From NCBI GenBank assembly GCA_043815665.1, contig JBDRIT010000099.1:15987-79986 (forward strand): a DNA stretch of 64,000 bases. The letters are read 5' to 3'. The notes below the pieces were generated by a model. That model worked only from the letters and a program-made list of their open reading frames with translations, ran no database searches and had not been told where the DNA came from. The number at the start of each line of letters is the position of its first letter. Positions within the stretch are counted from its first letter, which is position 1. Shown piece after piece: positions 28,194-36,782 of this stretch. Position numbers and translations under genes: made by a program. Source of the DNA: Pseudomonadota bacterium. GTDB lineage: Bacteria; Myxococcota_A; UBA9042; CAIXZC01.

Positions 28194-28535
28194 CTAGATT
28201 GCGATCTTGCCCTGGAGCAGGAACGCGATGATGAGCGCGTAGATGACCAGGGACTCGATCAGGGCCAGCGCCAGGATCATGGGTGCCATGATCTTGTTCT
28301 GCGCGCCGGGGTTCCGGGCGATGCCCTCGAGCGCGGCCGCGGCGGCCTTGCCCTGGCCGAGCGCACCGCCGAAGGCCGTGATGGCGATGGCGAGGCCGGC
28401 GCTGATCGCTAGGTACATCTTCGTGGACTCGGCGTTGTCCGCCGCACCCTCGGCAGCGAAGGCCATCGCCGGCAACAACACCGCGGTCAGCAGGAAGAAG
28501 CCCACACCACTCAGTCCAGTCATCACCTTACGCAT
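28194..28535 (-). CDS. atpE: ATP synthase F0 subunit c (with N-terminal leader)
   Basis: [23 protein letters not shown] with the ion-binding Glu. Confidence 0.95.
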   Translation of the reverse strand: MRKVMTGLSGVGFFLLTAVLLPAMAFAAEGAADNAESTKMYLAISAGLAIAITAFGGALGQGKAAAAALEGIARNPGAQNKIMAPMILALALIESLVIYALIIAFLLQGKIAI

Positions 28536-28576
28536 CTCGTCATTCCTCCTTCGTGGCCGGCGGACCATCCGCCGGG

Positions 28577-29464
28577 TCAATGCTCTTCAGCGTGCTCGAT
28601 GGCCAACGCGATGTACACCATCGAGAGCAGGCAGAATACCAGGGTCTGGACCACCGCGACCACGGTCCCGAGGACCATGACCGGCAGTGGCAGGAACAGG
28701 ATCCCGAAGCCCAGGAAGATCCCGAGGACCTTGTGGTCCCCCATGATGTTGCCCATGAGACGCACGCCCAGGGACATGGGGCGCACCATGTGGCTGATCG
28801 TTTCGATGACCAGCATGAGGATCATCAGAGGCAGCGCGTACCACGCGATGATGGGCCCCAGGAAGTGCTTGAAGTAGGCCAGGCCGTGCTCCTTGACGCC
28901 CAGGTAGTGGGTCGCCATGAAGACGACAGCGCCCAGGGCCAGGGTCGTGTCCAGGGTGTCCGTCGGGGGCAGGAAACCCGGGATCATCCCCAGGACGTTG
29001 GAGAAGAAGATGAACACGGCCAGAGAGGCGATGAGCGGGAAGTACCGCTTCGCGGCCGCCTCGCCCATGAGGCCCTCCATGAGGCCGAGGACCGTGCCCG
29101 CCAGGGCCTCCATGAACGTGAACACGCCGAAGGTCTCGTCGGGCACCAGGGGCGGATCCTTGCGGGTGCGCCGGTACACCACCCAGCCGGCGCCGAGGGC
29201 CAGTCCGAAGACCACGAGCCCCATGAAGAGATGGATCACCTTGTCCGGGGCGATGCCCTCCACGTAGGTCGGGTGTGGCTCCACCAACGCGTACACGTTG
29301 GAGACCAGCCCCGGGAAGACCTGCGCGATGATGCTCCAGTGGTCTCCCGTGGGCCAGGGACCGTCGTGGTGCGCCTCCAGGTGCTTGTCAGGGATCAGGG
29401 CGGACCCCACGGCGACCGCCAGGAAGGCCACAACCACGAGGATGATCTTGGTCCGTCGACTCAT
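28577..29464 (-). CDS. atpB: ATP synthase F0 subunit a
   Basis: [38 protein letters not shown]. Confidence 0.95.
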   Translation of the reverse strand: MSRRTKIILVVVAFLAVAVGSALIPDKHLEAHHDGPWPTGDHWSIIAQVFPGLVSNVYALVEPHPTYVEGIAPDKVIHLFMGLVVFGLALGAGWVVYRRTRKDPPLVPDETFGVFTFMEALAGTVLGLMEGLMGEAAAKRYFPLIASLAVFIFFSNVLGMIPGFLPPTDTLDTTLALGAVVFMATHYLGVKEHGLAYFKHFLGPIIAWYALPLMILMLVIETISHMVRPMSLGVRLMGNIMGDHKVLGIFLGFGILFLPLPVMVLGTVVAVVQTLVFCLLSMVYIALAIEHAEEH

Positions 29465-29853
29465 CCGGGACTCCGTTCGTTGCGTACCCCGAGGTCCATG
29501 GGGAGGCGTCCCACCAGGACCCCGATCACCAGGGCCATCGGGAGGCTGCCGAAACCCAGCGCCAGCCCCACCGGGTGCAACACCAGTGAGACGATCAGGA
29601 GGTAGAGGACGCCGGCGAGCACGGGGAACTTCAGGGCCAGCAACAGCCCAAGCGCCCCCGACCCTCGCACCCCGGACCGCCGACCGAGCCCCGCGGCGAC
29701 CAGGGCCAGGAGCCCCAGGTCCAGCACGGCGAGTCCGGTCCCGGCGAGGGCTCCGATCGCGCCGCGCGAGCCCGCGAGCGCGGCGCTCGCGCCCACGACA
29801 AGCGCCGCGAAGACCAGGAGCATCCAGAGCACCTGGGCGAAAAAGGGTCTCAC
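29461..29853 (-). CDS. atpI: ATP synthase protein I-like membrane protein
   Basis: Four hydrophobic segments; lies between atpZ and atpB; GTG overlaps the upstream stop. Confidence 0.7.
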   Translation of the reverse strand: MRPFFAQVLWMLLVFAALVVGASAALAGSRGAIGALAGTGLAVLDLGLLALVAAGLGRRSGVRGSGALGLLLALKFPVLAGVLYLLIVSLVLHPVGLALGFGSLPMALVIGVLVGRLPMDLGVRNERSPG

Positions 29854-30113
29854 TCTCCTCCCCTGTCGTCCGGGGGGTCCTCTTCGGTCCGCATCAGCCG
29901 CTTCAAGGCTCGATGGAGGCTCAAAAACCCCGCTCCAATACCGACGCCTATCATGGCGAGGGTCAGCCACGGCGTCGTCCCAAACTGCCTGTCCAGCCAG
30001 TCTCCGGCGAGGTAGCCGAGGAAGATGGACAGGGCCAGCTCCAGCCCAACCGAGCTGAAGCGGGCCGTGCTCTTGAGCCCGGATCCATACCGCTGCCAGC
30101 GGTCGCTGTTCAA
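29850..30113 (-). CDS. AtpZ/AtpI (ATPase gene 1) family protein
   Basis: GLELA..GYLAGDWLDRQFGTTPW..G.GAGF signature. Confidence 0.85.
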   Translation of the reverse strand: MNSDRWQRYGSGLKSTARFSSVGLELALSIFLGYLAGDWLDRQFGTTPWLTLAMIGVGIGAGFLSLHRALKRLMRTEEDPPDDRGGE

Positions 30114-30290
30114 GGCACCCTCCGATCAACGTCAGTTTGTAACACGGCGCGGTATGGCAGTCAAAGGAAAGTTCCCCGCCCAAGGGCTCCCTGGGGGGAG
30201 GTCGCTGCGACACGCCGCGTCGTCGAGAAAGGGGTTGGCTCCCCCCCGCCGGAGGGCCTATGATGCAACCCGCTTCCGGCAGGAGGAGGA

Positions 30291-31103
30291 ATGGTCGGGA
30301 TGGACCCCGCCGAGCAACGCAGCATCCATGGAGCGACGATCCTGGGTCTGGTCCTGGTGAGCGCGCTCCTTCTCCTGGAGGTCCGCCCGCTCCTCGACGA
30401 AGTCCGCGGCGCCGCCCTCCTCGATCGGGAGGCGCTGGAGTCCATCTGGACCTACATCAACACCCTGAATACGGGGTTCACCTTCGCGGTCCTCTTCGCC
30501 GTCCTCTTCGTCTCCGGCGCGGGCATCCCCATCCCCGAGGACCTCCCCCTCACCTTCACCGGGATCCTCCTGAGCCTGCCACAGACCGCGGCCTACTTCG
30601 GGGGCTTCATCCCCGCCCTGGTGACCACCGGCTCCATGATCTACATCTCGATCATCACCGGGGACCTCGTCGCGTACTGGCTGGGCCACAGGTTCGGCAG
30701 GGACATCGCCAGCTGGCGCGGGCTGCGCCGGGCCCTGAGTCCGAAGCGGCTGGCCCGCCTGGAGCGCTGGTTCGCACGTTACGGAAACTGGGCGGTGTTC
30801 CTCGGCCGCATGATGGCCGGGGTGCGCTTCGTGACCTTCGTCAGCGCGGGGATCGCCCGGATGCCGGTGCATCGCTTCGTCATCTTCGACACCCTCGCCT
30901 CCCTGATCACCGTCCCCGCGTGGATCTACCTGGGGTACATGATCGGGACCCACTTCGACCGGCTCAAGGTCTGGATGGGCCGGGTCAACACCACGACCTG
31001 GATCATCGCCGCTGCTGGAATCCTGGCCTTCTTCGTGGTGCGGAAGATCCTGCAACGTCGCAGGGAGCGCGAGACCGAGGCCAACCCCCCTCAGTCGGGC
31101 TGA
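30291..31103 (+). CDS. DedA family membrane protein
   Basis: GIPIPED, GDLVAYWLG, FARYGNWAVFLGR..GVR..AG. Confidence 0.88.
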   Translation: MVGMDPAEQRSIHGATILGLVLVSALLLLEVRPLLDEVRGAALLDREALESIWTYINTLNTGFTFAVLFAVLFVSGAGIPIPEDLPLTFTGILLSLPQTAAYFGGFIPALVTTGSMIYISIITGDLVAYWLGHRFGRDIASWRGLRRALSPKRLARLERWFARYGNWAVFLGRMMAGVRFVTFVSAGIARMPVHRFVIFDTLASLITVPAWIYLGYMIGTHFDRLKVWMGRVNTTTWIIAAAGILAFFVVRKILQRRRERETEANPPQSG

Positions 31104-32065
31104 GTCAACGCGAACGCGGGAGCGAGGGCCGCGTCCAGGCCCGCGGTCCAGGCCTCCAGGCGGAAGGCACGAACCCAGACGGCGAGGGGCGCGTCCGAGG
31201 CCTGGATGACCGCCAGCTGGGCCCCGTACCAGCCCCTGATCCCCGCCCGGGGATCGCCGCCGACCGCATCGAGTTCACCGCATCTGGCCTGCAGGATCCG
31301 CCCGGCGGCGCCGCGGCGCCCGGTGTCATGGACCACCCCCTCCATGAGGCACTGGCCCATGATCTCGGCGTCGGGATCGGGCAGACAGAGCACGGCCATG
31401 AGGCCCGCCGCACCCCGGGGGCAGGGGAAACCGAGGGTGGTCAGGACGTGACCCCGCCAGTTCCGTGGGCCCGGACGGAGCAGCTCCCCCAGACGCACCA
31501 TCGCCGCGCGGTGCGCGTACCGACCGTCGAGCGCTGTCTCCAGCTCGACCAGGGTCTTGAGGAGGCGGTCCTTCTTCACGAAGACGACGGCCTGGACATC
31601 CCGGAGGAGGCCCGACATCAGCGCTGCACGCACGGCCCGGGGATCGTCGTCCCCGAGCTCCCGGTGGACCAGGTCGAAGATCTCCTGGATCTCCTGGGCA
31701 AGGATCTGGAGGTTCCGGGGCCGGTCGAGGCCCCCCTCCAGCTCCCAGTCGGTCACAGCCTCCAGGGTCTCGGCCAGCAAGGGTTCGCCCGTGGCCCGGG
31801 CCGCGAGGAAGAGGTCCGTGAGGGCCTCGGCCTGGAGGAGGAACGCGTCCATGGCCACGTCCTTCGCCACGCCCTCGGCCTTCGGGAGCGCCCGGAGCGC
31901 GGCGATCCCCTCCTGGAACCGCGGCCCGAAGTCATAGGGGTCGAGGAGCTCCCGTGCCCGGGACAGCTCCGCCTCGGGGGTCCTGGGCGGGGCGTCGTCC
32001 CCGCCCTTGCAGCCCACCAGCGTGAGAAGGAGCAGGCAGGTTGTCGTGGAGCGAAGGCCGATCAC
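31091..32065 (-). CDS. Hypothetical lipoprotein
   Basis: GTG overlaps the upstream stop; LLLLTLVGC lipobox; several Cys in the C-terminal half. Confidence 0.6.
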   Translation of the reverse strand: MIGLRSTTTCLLLLTLVGCKGGDDAPPRTPEAELSRARELLDPYDFGPRFQEGIAALRALPKAEGVAKDVAMDAFLLQAEALTDLFLAARATGEPLLAETLEAVTDWELEGGLDRPRNLQILAQEIQEIFDLVHRELGDDDPRAVRAALMSGLLRDVQAVVFVKKDRLLKTLVELETALDGRYAHRAAMVRLGELLRPGPRNWRGHVLTTLGFPCPRGAAGLMAVLCLPDPDAEIMGQCLMEGVVHDTGRRGAAGRILQARCGELDAVGGDPRAGIRGWYGAQLAVIQASDAPLAVWVRAFRLEAWTAGLDAALAPAFALTQPD

Positions 32066-32484
32066 TTCTTCTTGCACTCGGCCATGAGGTTCAGGAGGCC
32101 GGCGCGCTGCTTCTCCCACCACACGGGCACCGCCTCCTTGAACCACTGGTCCTTCTCGAGGAAGGCCTTCGCCGAGGCGTAGCCGTGGCGCGCCAGGATC
32201 GGCAGGTAGTACTTGATCCGCGTGTCGTCGTTCTCGACCATCATCTTGAGCTGCTCCACGGGCTCGTGGATCGTCGCGTAGTCGTCCAGGGGATCGTAGT
32301 CGAGGTTGATCCGACAGGCCAGCTCCCGGTAGCAGTCGGCGAAGGCCTGTCGCTCCGGCGACACCTCCTTGTTGTCTGCCACCGCCACGGGCGCCGGCTT
32401 CGGCTCCACCTTCACCACCTGGCCGCTGCCGCCGCAGGCGGCCGCAAACAGGGCGAACATCGCGAACGTGATGAGCATCTTCAT
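32062..32484 (-). CDS. Hypothetical lipoprotein
   Basis: AAGGAGGA RBS; MKMLITFAMFALFAAAC lipobox. Confidence 0.7.
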   Translation of the reverse strand: MKMLITFAMFALFAAACGGSGQVVKVEPKPAPVAVADNKEVSPERQAFADCYRELACRINLDYDPLDDYATIHEPVEQLKMMVENDDTRIKYYLPILARHGYASAKAFLEKDQWFKEAVPVWWEKQRAGLLNLMAECKKK

Positions 32485-32664
32485 CAAGGGTCCTCCTTGG
32501 GAACAGATCCTCAGATCTTCCTGACGACTCCAAGCTACGCCGGGCCGAGGGGGCCGTCAACCCCGCTGAGTCCCGGGGACATCGCGCTCCCGTCATCCTT
32601 GAGCTGCCCATCCGGCTCTGCCGGACGAGGTGGTGTTCAGAAACAAATGCACGGCGGACGGTTT

Positions 32665-32711
32665 TAACCAGCGTAACCTGATATAACCAGCGCAGCCTCA
32701 CTTAACCAGCG
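32665..32711 (+). repeat. Three direct repeats of TAACCAGCG with exact 19-bp period
   Basis: Copies at 32665, 32684 and 32703; 8-mer AACCAGCG again at 32873. Confidence 0.85.
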
Positions 32712-32947
32712 AGTGATATCAACGATCTCCAGTAACGACGTAGGGTGCCTTCCACCTTCACACGGTGGAAGTCACAAATCCTCCCGTCGTCCATGGCAAC
32801 CGGAGGCCCTGCCCGATTCTTCGCTTGGCAAGGACGGGTACAGGTCCGGTCGATTTTCATGCGGATTGCGTGAACCAGCGCTCAATGGCGAGGTGAAAAC
32901 CGACCGGACCTGTACCCGCACATGCAACATCGCAACTGCGTTTGGCA

Positions 32948-33253
32948 TCATCGCGGAAAGTGAAAGTGACCGGAACCGTCCCCGAGTCCGCTGAGCACCA
33001 CCCGCGCCGGGAGGAAGGGAAACTCCCGGGAGGTGTCATCGAGCACACCCGCCGCCAGGCGAACGTCATCGGCGGTCACCAGCGCGCCGTCCTCGTGGCG
33101 CAGGGCCCCCTCCAGGAGGATCCGGCGGGAGTACGGGAGGCGGGCGAGATCGGCCACGCCGCGCTCCTCGAGGGCGCCCAGCCGAAAGTACCGCGCCGCA
33201 CCCGCAGAGGTCTCGAGACGGGACAGCGTCCCAAAGGTATCTTTGGATTCCAT
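32948..33253 (-). pseudogene. acnA: 5' fragment of aconitate hydratase AcnA
   Basis: YFRLGALE..LARLPYSRRILLE.ALR.EDG..VT..D..EFPFLPARVVL matches the AcnA N-terminus; breaks off before QDFTG and stops after about 101 aa. Confidence 0.85.
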
Positions 33254-33372
33254 GGGCATCAGCTCCTCGGGTTCAACTGTTCGAAGGAGACACGAAGAAT
33301 AGGGGCCCCCTCCGGCCGATTCAAGCCCGCCGAGGGGCGGCCGTGAATGCACCAAACACCGCCGACGACCCG

Positions 33373-33405
33373 AGAAATGAGCCATCGACTTGATGGCTCA
33401 TTTCT
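33373..33405. promoter_or_regulatory. Perfect 14-bp inverted repeat (operator or hairpin) between the divergent acnA' and acn genes
   Basis: AGAAATGAGCCATC-gactt-GATGGCTCATTTCT. Confidence 0.7.
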
Positions 33406-33513
33406 GATATACGACGCCTTGGCCCGGGAATAGTGGTTGCAACTTTTCGTTCCCTGGTGAGTAATCCGGTTCGGGGACCAAAAACTGTTTGAACGCTGAG
33501 GGGAGGTAGCGCA

Positions 33514-35457
33514 ATGAGCGGCAAGAACGTGGCGAGGAAGATTCTCGAGTCCCATATCGTCGAAGGCAAGTGGGCCCCCGGCGAAGAGATCGCCATCAGA
33601 ATCGATCAGACCCTGACCCAGGACGCGACGGGAACAATGGCCTACCTCCAGTTCGAGGCCATGGGGCTGCCCCGGGTGAAGACCGAGCTGAGCGTCAGCT
33701 ATATCGATCACAACACGATCCAGATCGGCTACGAGAACGCGGACGACCACAAATACCTCCAGGGCGTGGCCTCGAAGTACGGCATCTTCCTCTCCCGCGC
33801 GGGCAACGGAATCTGCCACCAGGTCCATCTCGAGCGCTTCGGAAAGCCCGGCAAGACCCTCCTGGGTTCGGACAGCCACACGCCCACCGGCGGCGGGATC
33901 GGCATGATCGCCATGGGCGCGGGCGGCCTCGACGTCGCGGTTGCCATGGGCGGCGGCTCCTTCTACCTCACCTGCCCGAGGGTGGTGAAGATCCACCTCA
34001 CCGGGAAGTTGTCCCCCTGGGTCGCGGCCAAGGACGTGGTCCTCAAGGTGCTCGAGATCTTCAGCACCAAGGGCAACGTGAGCACGATCTTCGAGTACGG
34101 CGGGCCGGGTGTGGCCAGCCTCACGGTCCCGGAGCGGGCCACGATCACCAACATGGGCGCCGAGTGCGGCGTGACCACGTCGGTCTTCCCCAGTGACGGT
34201 GAGACCCTCCGGTTCCTCAAGGCCCAGGCCCGCGGAAGCGACTGGGTGGAACTCCTCCCCGACGCCGATGCAGCGTACGATCGCGTCGTTGAGATCGATC
34301 TCGGCGCGGTCGAGCCCATGGCTGCCGCGCCCCACAGCCCCGGAAACATCAAGACCGTCCGGGAGATCGCCGGGATCGCCGTGGACCAGGTGGCCATCGG
34401 GAGCTGCACCAACTCCTCCTACGTGGACCTCACCACCGCGGCGCGCATCCTCAAGGGGAAGACCATCAACCCCGCGGTGAGCCTGATCATCGCCCCCGGA
34501 TCCCGCCAGGTGCTGACCATGCTGACCAAGGAGGGCTCCCTCTTCGACCTCCTGTCCGCGGGGGCGCGCCTCGCCGAGAACACCTGCGGTTTCTGCATCG
34601 GGAACAGCCAATCCCCCAAGTCGGACGCCGTCTCGATCCGGACCTCGAACCGCAACTTCCTGGGCCGCTCCGGGACCAAGTCGGCCCAGGCCTACCTGGT
34701 GAGCTGCGAGACCGCCGCTGCGGCGGCGCTGACGGGGAAGCTCACGGATCCGAGGACCCTGGACATGGAGTACCCCGTGGTGGCCATGCCGGATTCATTC
34801 CTGGTGGACGACTCGATGATCGTCGCCCCGTCGGCCGAACCCGAGTCTGTGACCATCGTCCGGGGACCCAACATCGGCGATCCCCCGGTCAACGGCCCGC
34901 TCCCGGACACCCTGGACGCCAAGGTCGGGATCCACGCGGGGGACGAGATCACCACGGACCACATCATCCCCGCCGGCGCCCGCATGAAGTACCGCTCCAA
35001 CGTCCCGAAGTACTCGGAGTACCTCTTCGAGATCTACGATCCGGACTTCTACGGGCGGGCCAAGGCGATCAAGGAAGAGGGGCTTCAGGACGTCTTCGTC
35101 GCCGGGCTGAGCTACGGCCAGGGCTCGAGTCGGGAGCACGCCGCCCTCTGCCCGATGTACATGCAGGTGAAGGCGGTCATCACGAAGTCCTTCGAGCGGA
35201 TCCACATGGCCAACCTCGTGAACTTCGGAATCGTCCCCTTCGTCTTCGCCGACGTCGCCGACTACGAGCGGGTCCAGCAGGGAGACCGGCTGCAGATCGT
35301 CAACCTCCGGAGCTGCATCGCCGGCGACGGCAAGGCCCTGGTGAAGAACCTCACCCAGGGGACGGAGTTCGGGGTCACCACGGACCTCTCCGAGCGGGCC
35401 AGCCGGGTTGTCCTGGCCGGGGGCATGCTCAACTACATCAAGGAGCAGACAGCGTAA
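33514..35457 (+). CDS. Aconitate hydratase, short (~650 aa) type
   Basis: TQDATGTM, YIDHN, GNGICHQ, GSDSHT, GSCTN, CGFCIG (Fe-S Cys), TSNRNF, ITTDHI, GQGSSREHAA. Confidence 0.9.
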   Translation: MSGKNVARKILESHIVEGKWAPGEEIAIRIDQTLTQDATGTMAYLQFEAMGLPRVKTELSVSYIDHNTIQIGYENADDHKYLQGVASKYGIFLSRAGNGICHQVHLERFGKPGKTLLGSDSHTPTGGGIGMIAMGAGGLDVAVAMGGGSFYLTCPRVVKIHLTGKLSPWVAAKDVVLKVLEIFSTKGNVSTIFEYGGPGVASLTVPERATITNMGAECGVTTSVFPSDGETLRFLKAQARGSDWVELLPDADAAYDRVVEIDLGAVEPMAAAPHSPGNIKTVREIAGIAVDQVAIGSCTNSSYVDLTTAARILKGKTINPAVSLIIAPGSRQVLTMLTKEGSLFDLLSAGARLAENTCGFCIGNSQSPKSDAVSIRTSNRNFLGRSGTKSAQAYLVSCETAAAAALTGKLTDPRTLDMEYPVVAMPDSFLVDDSMIVAPSAEPESVTIVRGPNIGDPPVNGPLPDTLDAKVGIHAGDEITTDHIIPAGARMKYRSNVPKYSEYLFEIYDPDFYGRAKAIKEEGLQDVFVAGLSYGQGSSREHAALCPMYMQVKAVITKSFERIHMANLVNFGIVPFVFADVADYERVQQGDRLQIVNLRSCIAGDGKALVKNLTQGTEFGVTTDLSERASRVVLAGGMLNYIKEQTA

Positions 35458-35511
35458 GGACTGCTGCTCGGAGATCGACGGAAATCATGGGCACCAACTA
35501 AGGAGTTGAAG

Positions 35512-36777
35512 ATGGCACAGAAGGGAATCAGAGAGTACGACGCCAAGCGGATGCTGGCGCGCAACCTGGAGAAGTACTTCGGTGGAACCTACGGTTATCA
35601 GGGCCAGATCGTCCTGACCGATCAGGGAACCGACTGGGACGCGCTCGCGGCGCAGAACCCGTGGCTCCTCAACACTCCGCTCGTCGCCAAGCCGGATCAG
35701 CTCTTCGGCAAGCGGGGCAAGCACGGGCTCCTCTACGTCAACAAGTCCTACGCCGAGGTGAAGGAGTGGATTCAGGGGCGGATGGAGAAGGAGGTCACCG
35801 TCGGGAAGACCACCGGCACCCTCACGCACTTCATCATCGAGCCCTTCGTGCCCCACGACAACGAGTACTACGTCGCGATCAAGTCGACCGTGACCGGGGA
35901 CACGATCTTCTTCTCGACCCAGGGCGGCATCGACATCGAGTCCGTGTGGGACACCGTGGTCGAGATCCCCGTGGCGGTGGACGAAGACGTCGAGGACATC
36001 GACATCGGCGCCAGGCTCCCCGTGAGCCTGGGCGATGCGAACAAGGCCCTGGTGGCGAACTACATCAAGGGCCTCTTCAAGTTCTACGTCGACTTCCACT
36101 TCGCCTACCTGGAGATCAACCCCTTCGCGGTGAGCGGCGACCAGGTCATCCCCCTGGATCTCGTGGCCAAGCTCGACGACACGGCCCAGTTCGAATGCGT
36201 CGTGCAGTGGGGAGACCTCTCCTTCCCAGCGCCCTTCGGCCTCCAGATGAGTCCCGAGGAGGCCTACATTCGGGACCTGGACGAGAAGACCGGCGCCTCC
36301 CTGAAGCTCACGGTCCTCAACAAGGACGCCCGGATCTGGTCCCTCGTCGCGGGGGGCGGCGCCAGCGTGATCTTCGCGGACACCATCGCCGACCTCGGGG
36401 CCGCCGGGGACCTTGCCAACTATGGTGAGTACAGCGGGGATCCGAGCAAGGAGTTCACCTACGAGTACACCAAGACCGTGCTCGACCTGATGACCCGGAC
36501 GAAGCACCCGGACGGCAAGGTCCTGCTCATCGGCGGCGGCATCGCCAACTTCACCGACATCGCCAAGACCTTTGCGGGCATCATCCAGGCGCTGACGGAG
36601 TATGCCGTTCGTCTCGCCGATCACGGCGTCAAGATCTACGTGCGCCGCGCAGGTCCCAACTACCAGGAGGGCCTCCGGCTCATGCGGGAGCTGGGGGAGC
36701 GGACTGCGCTCCCCATCGAGGTCTACGGACCCGAGACCCACATGACGAAGATCGTCTCCATGGCCCTGGGCAAGTAG
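35512..36777 (+). CDS. aclB: ATP-citrate lyase beta subunit (ATP-grasp plus citrate-binding domain)
   Basis: MAQKGIREYDAK, LVAKPDQLFGKRGKHGL, YLEINP, ASLKLTVLN, VAGGGAS, NYGEYSG, GGGIANFT, GPNYQEGL. Confidence 0.93.
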   Translation: MAQKGIREYDAKRMLARNLEKYFGGTYGYQGQIVLTDQGTDWDALAAQNPWLLNTPLVAKPDQLFGKRGKHGLLYVNKSYAEVKEWIQGRMEKEVTVGKTTGTLTHFIIEPFVPHDNEYYVAIKSTVTGDTIFFSTQGGIDIESVWDTVVEIPVAVDEDVEDIDIGARLPVSLGDANKALVANYIKGLFKFYVDFHFAYLEINPFAVSGDQVIPLDLVAKLDDTAQFECVVQWGDLSFPAPFGLQMSPEEAYIRDLDEKTGASLKLTVLNKDARIWSLVAGGGASVIFADTIADLGAAGDLANYGEYSGDPSKEFTYEYTKTVLDLMTRTKHPDGKVLLIGGGIANFTDIAKTFAGIIQALTEYAVRLADHGVKIYVRRAGPNYQEGLRLMRELGERTALPIEVYGPETHMTKIVSMALGK

Positions 36778-36782
36778 GAGGA

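Noticed and set aside
28194-30113. F0 genes without atpF/atpH/F1 genes
   Set aside because: Split atp operons are common in deltaproteobacterial lineages
32665-32711. Possible mini-CRISPR array
   Set aside because: 9-bp repeats and 10-bp spacers are far too short, and no cas genes are in the window; kept only as a binding-site-like repeat
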